Shown here: positions 13,435 through 22,630 of the stretch, in pieces
Layout: the number at the start of each line of letters is the position of its first letter
Position numbering within the stretch: the first letter of the stretch is position 1
Assembly (NCBI GenBank): GCA_036523395.1
Contig: DATDEH010000072.1
Location: 8,441-72,440, forward strand
Direction of reading: 5' to 3'
DNA from: Candidatus Limnocylindria bacterium
GTDB lineage: Bacteria; Chloroflexota; Limnocylindria; P2-11E
DNA length: 64,000 nt
Notes under the pieces: generated by a model
Database searches by the model: none
Told to the model about the DNA's origin: nothing
The model's input: the letters and a program-made list of their open reading frames with translations, nothing else
Program-made: the position numbers and the translations under genes

Positions 13435-13620
13435 CTATTCGGTGAACGGCCAGGGCGCGGGCGCTGGCTGCGGTGCCTCGGCACCGGGAAGTCCCGGGTC
13501 GTACGGCACGACGTTGAGGGACGATCCACCGTCGTCCGCAGCCGCCACGTTCGCTGTGAGCGCGAGGATCATGAGCGTCATCACCAGGGCGCCCATGAGT
13601 CGCTTCCGAAGTGGTGTCAC
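13435..13620 (-). CDS. Small secreted pro-peptide (61 aa) with a Sec-type signal peptide
   Basis: GTG start preceded by GGGGAGA 5 nt upstream. N-region MTPLRKRL, H-region MGALVMTLMILALTA, then an AXA-like site NVAA|ADD. The predicted mature part is about 34 aa (ADDGGSSLNVVPYDPGLPGAEAPQPAPAPWPFTE). Divergent from the XRE-TPR regulator. Confidence 0.45.
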   Translation of the reverse strand: MTPLRKRLMGALVMTLMILALTANVAAADDGGSSLNVVPYDPGLPGAEAPQPAPAPWPFTE

Positions 13621-13768
13621 CTCTGTCTCCCCTCGTTCCCTCCCCCGTTCGGCGGATTGTGCCCGCTGAGAGGGGTTGGCTATCGTCTGGCGAGTCTACG
13701 AACGCTGAACATGCAGGCGCAATGCGAAACAGGACGCCTGTCTGTCAGTTCGGTGACATTGGAGCGAT

Positions 13769-15082
13769 GTGACGACCACTGACATGCTGGCGAAACCTAA
13801 CGGGACGAACGGACTCGGGGCCCGCGTACGCGAAGCGCGACGCGAAAGAGGCATGAGCCAGGCTCAGCTGGCCGGCGAGGAGCTCACCAAGGGGTTCATC
13901 AGCCAGGTCGAATCCGGCCTCGTTCGCCCATCTGTTCGTTCGCTCCAGATCCTCGCGGCGCGGCTCGGTAAGAGCCTGGATTACTTCCTCGGCGACGAGC
14001 CGCTCGCCACGTCGAAACGTCTTGTTTTCCACCGTTTGGCCGCGGAAGCCGCCGCCGAGCGGCGCGACTGGACCGTCGTCCGGGATGAAGTGACCCAGGC
14101 CCTCGTGGACAAGCCCGAGAAGCGCGAGCGCGCGACGCTGCTGCGCTTCCTGGCGCAAGCAGAGATGAACACCGGAAATCGTGAGGTCGCCTTCGACCGC
14201 ATCGGCGAGGCGCTCTCGCTCATCGACGCGACGGCGGACGCCGCCGAGGTCGCGCACCTTCTGCACCTCCGTGGCATCGCGTACGGACAGATCGGTCAGT
14301 ACGTCGCCGCAGCGGAGGCGCTCGAGGCGGCGCGCGACGCGATGGAGCGGCACGAGGTCAGCGATCCCCGTCTACGCGCACGCATCCTCGTCGCGCTCGG
14401 CACCGCCTATCGCCGTCTGAACCGTACCGCCAAGGCCATGCAGACCTATGTCTCGGCGCTGGACCTCGCGAGCGGCATCGACGAGCTCCGCCTCGCGGCG
14501 CAGGGCTACATGGGTGTTGCGGTCTCTCTCTATGACGCTGGTGAGCTCGACGGCGCGATCGCGAACTACCGCCGCGCGCTCGATCTCTTCACCCGTGTTG
14601 AAGACACCACGTTCCAGCTCCAGGTGCTGCACTCGCTCTCGTCGATCCACTTCGAGATGGGCAAGACCGATGAGGCACGTGAGCTCGCCCAGCGTGGCGC
14701 AGCGACGGCCCGCATGGTCCACGACGAAGGAATGGTCGTCGTCGCCGAGCTTGTGATCGCGCGGATCGCCCTCGTGAATGGCGACGCGGAGCAGGCGCTG
14801 AACATCGCGCGCCACGCCGAGAAAGTCCTCACCGATCAGCCCGTGCAGCGCGCCGACGCGCTCCGCGTCATCGGCGCGGCGAACGACGCGCTCAAGGCGT
14901 TCACCGCGAGCGACCGCGCGTACCGCAAGGCCGTCGAGCTCCTTGTGGAGGTGGGCGACCACCCGAACCTCTCGACGTTCGCTGCCGAGTACGCGATGAA
15001 GCTGCGCGCGCGCGGCGAGACCGATCAGGCCTTCCGCTACCTCGAGCTCGCGCGCACCCCGGTGTCCACCAACCGCACCTAG
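13769..15082 (+). CDS. XRE-family HTH + TPR-repeat transcriptional regulator (RNPP/Rgg-like architecture)
   Basis: N-terminal HTH_XRE (LGARVREARRERGMSQAQLAGEELTKGFISQVESGLVRPSVRSLQILAARLGKSLDYF), followed by about 350 aa of TPR-like helical repeats. Confidence 0.8.
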   Translation: MTTTDMLAKPNGTNGLGARVREARRERGMSQAQLAGEELTKGFISQVESGLVRPSVRSLQILAARLGKSLDYFLGDEPLATSKRLVFHRLAAEAAAERRDWTVVRDEVTQALVDKPEKRERATLLRFLAQAEMNTGNREVAFDRIGEALSLIDATADAAEVAHLLHLRGIAYGQIGQYVAAAEALEAARDAMERHEVSDPRLRARILVALGTAYRRLNRTAKAMQTYVSALDLASGIDELRLAAQGYMGVAVSLYDAGELDGAIANYRRALDLFTRVEDTTFQLQVLHSLSSIHFEMGKTDEARELAQRGAATARMVHDEGMVVVAELVIARIALVNGDAEQALNIARHAEKVLTDQPVQRADALRVIGAANDALKAFTASDRAYRKAVELLVEVGDHPNLSTFAAEYAMKLRARGETDQAFRYLELARTPVSTNRT

Positions 15083-15117
15083 CGCGACGCTCTCGCGCGC
15101 TCGCTAAGATTTCGCTC

Positions 15118-16869
15118 GTGCCCCGCGATGCCGTCACGTATGACAACGAAGGCGTCGCCGCGGTCCTTGATGAGATCGGCGATCTCCTCGAGTTAAAGGG
15201 CGAGAACGTCTTCCGCGCGGTCACTTACCGGGCCGTCGCTCGCGCGATCCGCGATCTGCGCGAGCCGATCGCCGCGCTGGTCGAGCAGGATCGCCTCGGC
15301 GAGATACCCAAGGTCGGTCCGTCGGTCCGCGACGCGATCGTCCAGCTCGTCAGCACGGGAACGTCGCAGCGTCACGAGGAGCTCAAGGCCGCGGTGCCCA
15401 CCGGTCTCCTCACGCTCCTGAGCGTGCCGGGCGTCGGACCGGCGACCGCGCGGATCATCTACGACAACCTGAGGATCACGACCGTCGACGATCTCGAGGA
15501 GGCCGCGAAGGCCCATCGCCTGCGTGAGCTGCCCAAGATCCAGGCGAAGACCGAGGAGAACATCCTCAAGTCGATCACGTCACTCAAGCAGCGCAGTGGC
15601 CGCACTCTGGTGCACCACGCTCGCGAGGCCGCGAGCTCGATGGTCGATTGGCTGCGGCAGGAGACACGGATCGAGGCGGTCTCCATCGCGGGGAGCCTGC
15701 GGCGCTACCGCGAGACGATCGGCGACATCGATCTGCTCGTCGCGTCGACCACGCCGGGGCCGGTGATGGACGCGCTCGTGCGAGCACCCGCGGTGGAGCG
15801 CGTGCTCGCGAAGGGGGAGACGAAGACGTCGGTGATCGTCGCGCGCGGCCTGCAGATCGACCTGCGCGTCGTGCCGCCGGACTCCTGGGGCGCCGCGATG
15901 GTCTATTTCACTGGGTCGAAGGAGCACAACGTCCGGCTGCGCGGCCACGCGCTGAAGAAGAAGCTCCTGCTCAACGAGTACGGGCTCTACCGGGTGGGCG
16001 CGGAGGCACGCGGTCAGGAGATCGCCTCGCGCACGGAAGAGGAGATCTACGCCGCGCTGGGGATGGACCTCATCGCGCCGGAGCTGCGCGAGGATCACGG
16101 CGAGATCGACGCCGCGATCGCGCACACCCTTCCGGCGCTCGTCACTCTCGCTGACATGCGGGGCGATCTCCACACCCATACGAACTGGACCGACGGCCGC
16201 GACACGCTCGCCGACATGGCGCGCCGCGCGCGCGACAAGGGCTACTCGTACTACGCCGTCACCGACCACTCGCCCGGCCTGGGCTTGGTGAATGGTCTCG
16301 GTCCCGAGCGCATCACCGCCCGGATCGAGGAGGCCCGTCGGCTCAGTGAGGAGCTCGCGCCGTTCCGGATCCTCGTGGGCACCGAGGTCGATATCCGAGC
16401 GAACGGGACGCTCGACTACCCCGACGAGATGCTGGCGCGCTTCGACATCGTGAGCGCGTCGGTGCACTCCGCGTTCGGCCAGACGCGCGACGTCATGACC
16501 GAGCGGGTGCTCACCGCGATGCGGCATCCGCTCGTCACCCAGATCTCACATCCGACCGGGCGGCTCCTCGAGCGGCGCGATCCACACGCACTCGATCTCC
16601 AGGCGCTCATCGACGCGGCCGCCCTGACGGGGACGTGGATCGAGATCAACGGTGGACCCGAGCGGCTCGACCTCCCGGACGTCTGGGTACGGAAGGCGCT
16701 GGACAAAGGAGTGACGCTCGTCGCGAACTCCGACGCGCACCGTACCGAAGAGATCGACTGGATGGAGTACGCGGTCGCGACCGCGCGTCGCGGCTGGGCC
16801 ACGCGCGCTTCGATCGCGAACACCGCCGCTCTCGATGACATGCTCGCGAGGCGCAAGCGCCGCGCATGA
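15118..16869 (+). CDS. polX: DNA polymerase X family protein with a C-terminal PHP phosphoesterase domain
   Basis: Helix-hairpin-helix motifs, a Pol-beta-like core (GSLRRYRETIGDIDLL), and PHP motifs (GDLHTHTNWTDG...VTDHS). Confidence 0.88.
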   Translation: MPRDAVTYDNEGVAAVLDEIGDLLELKGENVFRAVTYRAVARAIRDLREPIAALVEQDRLGEIPKVGPSVRDAIVQLVSTGTSQRHEELKAAVPTGLLTLLSVPGVGPATARIIYDNLRITTVDDLEEAAKAHRLRELPKIQAKTEENILKSITSLKQRSGRTLVHHAREAASSMVDWLRQETRIEAVSIAGSLRRYRETIGDIDLLVASTTPGPVMDALVRAPAVERVLAKGETKTSVIVARGLQIDLRVVPPDSWGAAMVYFTGSKEHNVRLRGHALKKKLLLNEYGLYRVGAEARGQEIASRTEEEIYAALGMDLIAPELREDHGEIDAAIAHTLPALVTLADMRGDLHTHTNWTDGRDTLADMARRARDKGYSYYAVTDHSPGLGLVNGLGPERITARIEEARRLSEELAPFRILVGTEVDIRANGTLDYPDEMLARFDIVSASVHSAFGQTRDVMTERVLTAMRHPLVTQISHPTGRLLERRDPHALDLQALIDAAALTGTWIEINGGPERLDLPDVWVRKALDKGVTLVANSDAHRTEEIDWMEYAVATARRGWATRASIANTAALDDMLARRKRRA

Positions 16870-17150
16870 CGCGAGCGCGTTTCGTCGTGCGCGGTCTCGT
16901 GCAGGGCGTGAACTTCCGCGCCGCCGCGGTGCGCGAGGCGACGGCTCACGGACTCACGGGCTGCGTTTGGAATACCGACGACGATGCGGTCGAGCTCGTT
17001 GCCGAAGGCGACGCGGATGCTCTCGCTCTACTTGAGCGATGGCTGGCACGCGGACCGAGCCTGGCCCGCGTCGAGCGCGTCGAGCGCATGGATCTCGGCG
17101 GTGTGCGGCGTTATCAGGACTTCAGCGTCGCGTACGCGGCGCCGGAGTGA
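16866..17150 (+). CDS. acyP: Acylphosphatase
   Basis: 94 aa; VRGLVQGVNFRAA matches the VxGxVQGVxFR signature. ATGA overlap with the polX stop. Confidence 0.85.
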   Translation: MTRARFVVRGLVQGVNFRAAAVREATAHGLTGCVWNTDDDAVELVAEGDADALALLERWLARGPSLARVERVERMDLGGVRRYQDFSVAYAAPE

Positions 17151-17151
17151 T

Positions 17152-17550
17152 CTAGCGCCGCCGCCGCTTCTTGCGCCGCTCCGGCTGTGGGAAGTAACGC
17201 TGACGGCGCTGCTCGCGTTCCCAGGCAGCTTCCTGCGGCGGTAGCACGTAGAGATACATCAGTCCGAGCGCCGCGATGTTCGCCGCGATCGTGACGCCGA
17301 TCACCCAGAACGGCAACTTCGCGATGATCCAAACCATGAGCACGATGAGGAACACGATGTTGGTCCAGAACGCCCACGATTTGAGCGTGTTCTCAGCCGG
17401 AGGCACGGGTCCGCGGCGCCGCCAGTTGTACCAAACGACGTTCGCGACAAGGGATATCGCGACCGCGTAAACAGCGGGCCAATAGAACCGTGACTCGGTA
17501 TTGAAGGGCTGGGAAAAACGGTCAATGAAGTGACCGAGGTCGAACGGCAC
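17152..17550 (-). CDS. Hypothetical integral membrane protein (3-4 TM helices, Arg/Lys-rich C-terminus)
   Basis: 132-aa ORF with hydrophobic helices. No recognisable domain. Confidence 0.5.
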   Translation of the reverse strand: MPFDLGHFIDRFSQPFNTESRFYWPAVYAVAISLVANVVWYNWRRRGPVPPAENTLKSWAFWTNIVFLIVLMVWIIAKLPFWVIGVTIAANIAALGLMYLYVLPPQEAAWEREQRRQRYFPQPERRKKRRRR

Positions 17551-17596
17551 GGTCCGGCTATGCTAGCGACCGCCAGCGGGATTGACAGGAGACACC

Positions 17597-19147
17597 GTGC
17601 GAGCACTCCTCTCAGCTTCTGATACGACCGGTCTCGTCGCGTTCGCGCGCGGTCTGCGCGAGCTCGGCTGGGATCTCATCGCGACCGACGGCACGCGTGC
17701 CGCCCTCGCGATGGAGGGCGTTGACTCGAAGGCAGTCGAAGAGCAGACCGGCTCGCCGGTGCTGCTCGGCGGTCGCGTGAAGACGCTGCATCCGCGCATC
17801 CATGCCGCGCTCCTGGCGCGGCGGGACAACGAGTCGCACCGGGCCGAGCTCGCGCGCGAGGGCATCGAGCCGATCGACCTCGTAGCGGTCAACCTGTATC
17901 CGTACGCAAAGGCCGCAGCCGCAGGTAAGCGAGGTCTCGAGCTTCAGGAGCAGATCGACATCGGCGGCGCGACCCTGCTGCGCGCCGCGGCGAAGAACTA
18001 TCAGGACGTCGTCGTGATCGCGAGGCCGGACCGGTACGGTGCCGTGCTCGACGAGCTCAAGGGCCGAGGCAATGTTTCACTAGAGACACGCCGGCTCCTC
18101 GCCGCCGAGGCGTTCTCGCACACCGCGGCGTACGACGCGACGATCGCGGCGCGCTTCGTCGGCGAGGCCGGCATCCAGTTCCCCGACGACATGACACTGT
18201 CGCTCCGCAAGGTGCGCGACCTTCGGTACGGCGAGAACCCGCATCAGCAGGCGGCCTTCTACGCGATCCGGGGTGAAGAGAGCGGCGCGATGGTCTCGAT
18301 GGAGCAGATCCACGGACGCGCGGCGAGCTTCAACAACGTGCTCGACATCAATGCGGCGTGGCGCATCGTGTCCGACTTCGCGCAGCCGACCGTCGCGATC
18401 GTGAAGCATCAGAACCCATCCGGCATCGCGTCGGAGAGCGACATCACCAAGGCGTACCGCAGGGCGTTCATGGCCGACTCGGTCTCGGCGTTCGGCGGCA
18501 TCGTTGGCGCGAACCGCCAGGTCACTCGCGAGCTCGCCGAGGCGATGCAGGACACGTTCTACGAGGCGATCATCGCGCCGGGGTACGACGACGACGCCCT
18601 ACCGCTCCTTCGTCAGCGCAAGAACCTGGAGATCCTCGGGGTACCGAACGCGCTCGTTGACGGCCGTCGTGTCCGCCGCACCGACGATCACGCGCTCGAT
18701 CTGAAGAAGGTCTCCGGCGGCATCCTGGTGCAGACGCCGGACGAGTCCGTGACCGAAGAGGGCAACTTCAAGGTCGTCACCGAGCGCACCCCAACGCTCG
18801 AGGAGCTCACCGACCTGCTGTTCGCGTGGCGATGCGTTCGCCACGTCACCTCGAACGCCATCGTCCTCGTGAAGGGCCTTGCGAGCGTCGGTGTCGGTCC
18901 CGGTCAGCTCTCGCGGGTGGTCGCGGTCGAGGTCGCCGTGCGCAAGGCGGGCGAGAACGCGCGCCTGGCGGTCATGGCCTCCGACGCGTACTTCCCGTTC
19001 CCGGACGGCATCGAGGTCGCCGCGCGAGCCGGCGTGACCGCGATCATCCAGCCCGGTGGCTCGCTGCGCGACGCGATGATGATCGAGACGGCCAACAAGC
19101 ACCGCATGGCAATGCTGTTCACGGGCAGGCGACATTTCAAGCATTAG
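17597..19147 (+). CDS. purH: Bifunctional AICAR transformylase / IMP cyclohydrolase
   Basis: MGS-like N-domain and AICARFT domain (GGRVKTLHPRIHAALLARRD). AGGAGA RBS 4 nt before GTG 17597. The TTG at 17582 is a less likely alternative start. Confidence 0.93.
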   Translation: MRALLSASDTTGLVAFARGLRELGWDLIATDGTRAALAMEGVDSKAVEEQTGSPVLLGGRVKTLHPRIHAALLARRDNESHRAELAREGIEPIDLVAVNLYPYAKAAAAGKRGLELQEQIDIGGATLLRAAAKNYQDVVVIARPDRYGAVLDELKGRGNVSLETRRLLAAEAFSHTAAYDATIAARFVGEAGIQFPDDMTLSLRKVRDLRYGENPHQQAAFYAIRGEESGAMVSMEQIHGRAASFNNVLDINAAWRIVSDFAQPTVAIVKHQNPSGIASESDITKAYRRAFMADSVSAFGGIVGANRQVTRELAEAMQDTFYEAIIAPGYDDDALPLLRQRKNLEILGVPNALVDGRRVRRTDDHALDLKKVSGGILVQTPDESVTEEGNFKVVTERTPTLEELTDLLFAWRCVRHVTSNAIVLVKGLASVGVGPGQLSRVVAVEVAVRKAGENARLAVMASDAYFPFPDGIEVAARAGVTAIIQPGGSLRDAMMIETANKHRMAMLFTGRRHFKH

Positions 19148-19191
19148 CCAGCCCGCGACACCAGTTTTTTCCCGGTCGTAACCTCTCCGGC

Positions 19192-20661
19192 ATGACCGAT
19201 CCGAACGGTGCGTCGACCCGGGAATTCGCGTCCTCGTTCAAACGCTTCATCGATGCGATGAACGCTGAGGCGGCGAAAGAGAGCAGCCCACTGCTCGAGC
19301 GACTGCGCGCGCATCTGGGCGGCGATCCCGGCCGCATGCCCATCGTCAGCGAGGACTTCGACAACTACGAGCATCCGAATGTCCAGGTCGCGCTCGACAA
19401 GGTGCTCTATTCGAACGGCCGGAGTGCTGATCTCGTCGGCTTCTCCGCTCCGAACAAACGATGGCAGCAGTTCGCGTTCTCGGATCTCCTGGCGACGAAC
19501 AGCCCATACGGACGGATCTCGGAAGGCCCCGTCGACTATGTGAACTTCCATCTCGAGGGCGACCGGACCCTCGCGTGCGTCCAGTACGGGCTCTTCTTTG
19601 TGACCTCAGGCGACGATCGGATGACCGTCTTCGTGGTCGGGCCCCCGACCCTGGAGATGGGGCCGCGGACCCGGCTTCGCGTCGAGGTCGCGTGCTCCCG
19701 CCGCGATGCCGCTCTCGCGCTGCTGCGCGATCTCACTGCCGCGAGTAAGGAGCTCAACGTCTACCGCGGCAAAGCGATCTCGCTCGCACCTGGCCAGTAC
19801 GGAGTGCAGTCGCTCGTGAAGTTCCACCGGCTGCCCAGCGTGCGCCGCGACGAGGTCGTACTACCCGACGGCGTGCTCGAGCGGATCGAGCAGCACGCGG
19901 TGCGCTTCTCCGACCACGCTGCGGCGCTGGTCGCGGCGAAGCGCTCGCTGAAGCGCGGCATCCTCCTCTACGGTCCGCCTGGCACCGGCAAGACGCTGAC
20001 CGTCATGTATCTCGCCACGCAGATGACCGGCAGGACGCTGATCATCGTGACCGGCCTCGGCATGGGCGGTCTCGGCACGATCGGTCAATTCGCCAGAGTG
20101 CTGGCGCCCGCGACCGTCGTTGTCGAGGACGTCGACCTCATCGCGCAGGAGCGCGGCATGCCGGGCCAGCAGGCGAGCCCGCTCTTATTCGAGCTGCTCA
20201 ACCAGCTCGATGGCCTTGCCGATGACGCCGACGTGCTCTTCATCCTGACGACGAACCGGCCGGACATCCTCGAGCCGGCACTCGCGGCTCGTCCTGGACG
20301 TGTGGACCTGGTCGTCGAGCTGCCTGTCCCAGATGCTCGAGGGCGCGCACGCCTACTCGAGCTCTATGCGCGCGGACTCACGCTAGAGGGCGTCGACTTC
20401 GCGCGTTACGTCGAGAAGACCGACGGAGCAAGTCCGGCGTACATCAAGGAGCTGCTGCGTAAGGCCGCGCTCCTCGCGGCGATCGCGGGATCGCGGGCCG
20501 TGACGCCGGAGCACTTCGACGCCGCGATGGATGAGCTCTCCGCCGGAGGCGAGCTCGCGAAGCGGATCGTCGGCTTCGGCACGTCGGGCGTCCCGCTGGG
20601 TCCGGTCGGACCGATGCGACCTGCGGGGTTCCCAGCGATCGAGGTCCGCCGGGCGCCCTGA
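19192..20661 (+). CDS. AAA+ (classic-clade) ATPase with an uncharacterised roughly 230-aa N-terminal domain
   Basis: ATG at 19192 (MTDPNGAST...). Walker A LLYGPPGTGKT, Walker B VVVEDVDL, and second region of homology TNRPDILEPALAARPGRVD. The upstream part of the track ORF overlaps purH and is not coding. Confidence 0.8.
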   Translation: MTDPNGASTREFASSFKRFIDAMNAEAAKESSPLLERLRAHLGGDPGRMPIVSEDFDNYEHPNVQVALDKVLYSNGRSADLVGFSAPNKRWQQFAFSDLLATNSPYGRISEGPVDYVNFHLEGDRTLACVQYGLFFVTSGDDRMTVFVVGPPTLEMGPRTRLRVEVACSRRDAALALLRDLTAASKELNVYRGKAISLAPGQYGVQSLVKFHRLPSVRRDEVVLPDGVLERIEQHAVRFSDHAAALVAAKRSLKRGILLYGPPGTGKTLTVMYLATQMTGRTLIIVTGLGMGGLGTIGQFARVLAPATVVVEDVDLIAQERGMPGQQASPLLFELLNQLDGLADDADVLFILTTNRPDILEPALAARPGRVDLVVELPVPDARGRARLLELYARGLTLEGVDFARYVEKTDGASPAYIKELLRKAALLAAIAGSRAVTPEHFDAAMDELSAGGELAKRIVGFGTSGVPLGPVGPMRPAGFPAIEVRRAP

Positions 20662-20663
20662 GG

Positions 20664-21362
20664 CTAGGCGAGCTCGATGTAGCGGAACGCCTCCGCGGCC
20701 GGGAGGTTCCACGTCGCGCCGATGCTCTTCGCCCACGCCCGCATCCGCTTCGGGAATTCGGTGCGGCCGCCGAGCTGCGAGCGGTGTGCCTGGAGCGCCT
20801 TGATCTTCCTATCGAGTGTGCCGCTGATGTCGAACCACACGTTCGGCTCGCGTGAGCCGAAGAGGAGGACGCGCGAGACCCGATGCTTCGCGAGCTTGCC
20901 GCCGCTCAGCTGGTCGGGAAAGAACAGGTGATCGCGAGCGGCAATGACGCCGTCCATGCCGGACCACCCCGCGACCCGGTGATCCGGATGGATCTGGTAG
21001 TGGCTCCACGGATCGTTGGTGAAGACGAGATCCGGCTTGTGCATCCGGATCGCGAGGCACACCTCTTCACGAAGGGCCATGGATCGCTCGAGCTCGCCGT
21101 CGTGGTGACGCAGGAACACGAACTCCTTGACGCCGATCGCCTCACCGGCGGCCCGCTGCTCCTTCTCGCGCGTCTCGGCGAGGGTCTCGGGCGGCATCTT
21201 CGGATCGTGCGTGCCCTTGTCCCCGCTGGTGAGGAGGCAGTACGTCACGTGCGTCCCTCGCTCGATGAATGCCGCGAGTGTCCCCGAGCAGCCGAAGTCG
21301 ACGTCGTCGGGATGCGCGACGACCGCCATCGCGCGCTTGGGGATCGCGAACGCGTCGGGCAC
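20664..21362 (-). CDS. PIG-L/LmbE-family N-acetylglucosaminyl deacetylase (MshB/BshB-like)
   Basis: AVVAHPDDVDFGCSGTLA...HPDH. Last gene of a three-gene operon. Confidence 0.85.
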   Translation of the reverse strand: MPDAFAIPKRAMAVVAHPDDVDFGCSGTLAAFIERGTHVTYCLLTSGDKGTHDPKMPPETLAETREKEQRAAGEAIGVKEFVFLRHHDGELERSMALREEVCLAIRMHKPDLVFTNDPWSHYQIHPDHRVAGWSGMDGVIAARDHLFFPDQLSGGKLAKHRVSRVLLFGSREPNVWFDISGTLDRKIKALQAHRSQLGGRTEFPKRMRAWAKSIGATWNLPAAEAFRYIELA

Positions 21363-21364
21363 GA

Positions 21365-22630
21365 CTAGACCTTCACCGCCGGTGAGGATGCCAGAACCAG
21401 GTCGTAGAGCGCGTTGATCTTGTCGCCAACGTTCTGCCAGGTGTAGTGCTCGGCGCGATCGCGCGCGCCGTGCGCGAGATGCATCCGCAGACGGTGGTCC
21501 GTGAGCACCTGCTCGATCGCGTCGGCGAGCGCCTGGTCGTCGCCGGCGGGAACGAGCAGGCCGGACTCGCCGTGCTCGATCAGCGTCTGAAGGCCGCCGA
21601 CGCGCGTGCCGACGACCGGTGTGCCGCAGGCCATGGCCTCGAGGGCGACGAGCCCGAACGATTCTGTTAGTGATGGGACCGCGCAGACATCGGCCGCGGC
21701 GTAGTAGAGCGCGAGCGTCTCCTGATCGAGCGAGCCGACGAAGTTGACGTTCGCCTCCAGGCGATGCTCGTGCACGAGCCGCCGGAGCTCGACGATCTTG
21801 TCGGTCTCGGGCGCGTCGTCACCCGGGTCGAGAGCTCCGCCGACGACGAGGAGGCAGACATCGCTGCGAAGGTCCGGCCGGCGCTGGAACAGCAGCCCGA
21901 GCGCGCGCAGCAGGACGTCGATCCCCTTGATCTGCTCGATGCGACCCACGAACAGCACGATGCGCTGGCACTGGTCGCGTCCGAGCTTCTCGCGCGCATC
22001 GGCCTGCCGGATCGGATGGAACAGCGTCGGGTCGACGCCGCACGGGATGATGTGGACCTTCGCCCCGTCCGCGCCGTAGAGCTCGCGCAGCTCGCCGAGC
22101 TCGATCTCGCTCGCCGCTACGATCGCCGCGGATTCCTGGACGGCCTCGCGCTCGATGGTGATGCGCACGTCGCTCTCGCCGTCGATGTCCTCGTCCATCA
22201 CCTCGCGCTTCACCAGGCCGAGGGTGTGGAACATCTGGATGCTCGGCACGCGCCAGCGGGCGGCGAGGGTGCGCGCGACGCTCGCCGAGAGCCAGTAGTG
22301 CGCGTGGATCAGGTCGTAGGACCGACCTTCGGCGGCGACGTACTCGTCGAGCTTCGCGGTGAACTCGTCGAGGTGGTCGTACACGTCCATCTTCGGCCAG
22401 TAGCCGATCGGCCCCGACTCGATGTGGACCACGCGCGCGTTCTCGCCGAGCTGTTGGATCCGCGGGTCGTACTTCTCGCGCCAGCGGGTGAAGACGTCCA
22501 CCTCGACGCCGCGCTTCCCGAGTACGCGCGCCAGCTCGCGAACGTAGACATTCATGCCACCCGAGTCTCGACCGCCAAGCTTTGCGAGCGGACATGCGTG
22601 GACCGACAGCATCGCGATGCGGCGAGTCAC
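21365..22630 (-). CDS. GT4 retaining glycosyltransferase, MshA/BshA-like
   Basis: N-terminus IAMLSVHACPLAKLGGRDSGGMNVYVRELARVLGKRG closely resembles MshA/BshA. A C-terminal GT1 domain with E...E motifs is present. Confidence 0.88.
   Translation of the reverse strand: MTRRIAMLSVHACPLAKLGGRDSGGMNVYVRELARVLGKRGVEVDVFTRWREKYDPRIQQLGENARVVHIESGPIGYWPKMDVYDHLDEFTAKLDEYVAAEGRSYDLIHAHYWLSASVARTLAARWRVPSIQMFHTLGLVKREVMDEDIDGESDVRITIEREAVQESAAIVAASEIELGELRELYGADGAKVHIIPCGVDPTLFHPIRQADAREKLGRDQCQRIVLFVGRIEQIKGIDVLLRALGLLFQRRPDLRSDVCLLVVGGALDPGDDAPETDKIVELRRLVHEHRLEANVNFVGSLDQETLALYYAAADVCAVPSLTESFGLVALEAMACGTPVVGTRVGGLQTLIEHGESGLLVPAGDDQALADAIEQVLTDHRLRMHLAHGARDRAEHYTWQNVGDKINALYDLVLASSPAVKV

Noticed and set aside
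17551-17596. Possible ZTP or purine riboswitch ahead of purH
   Set aside because: The intergenic space is only 46 nt and contains just an RBS, too short for any known aptamer.
18826-19191. 5' extension of the AAA ATPase ORF (track start 18826) overlapping purH
   Set aside because: The extension is Arg-rich nonsense overlapping the purH coding sequence in another frame. A clean ATG at 19192 follows the purH stop.
19148-19191. T6 tract after purH as an intrinsic terminator
   Set aside because: There is no convincing GC hairpin immediately upstream of the TTTTTT run, so a terminator call is not supported.
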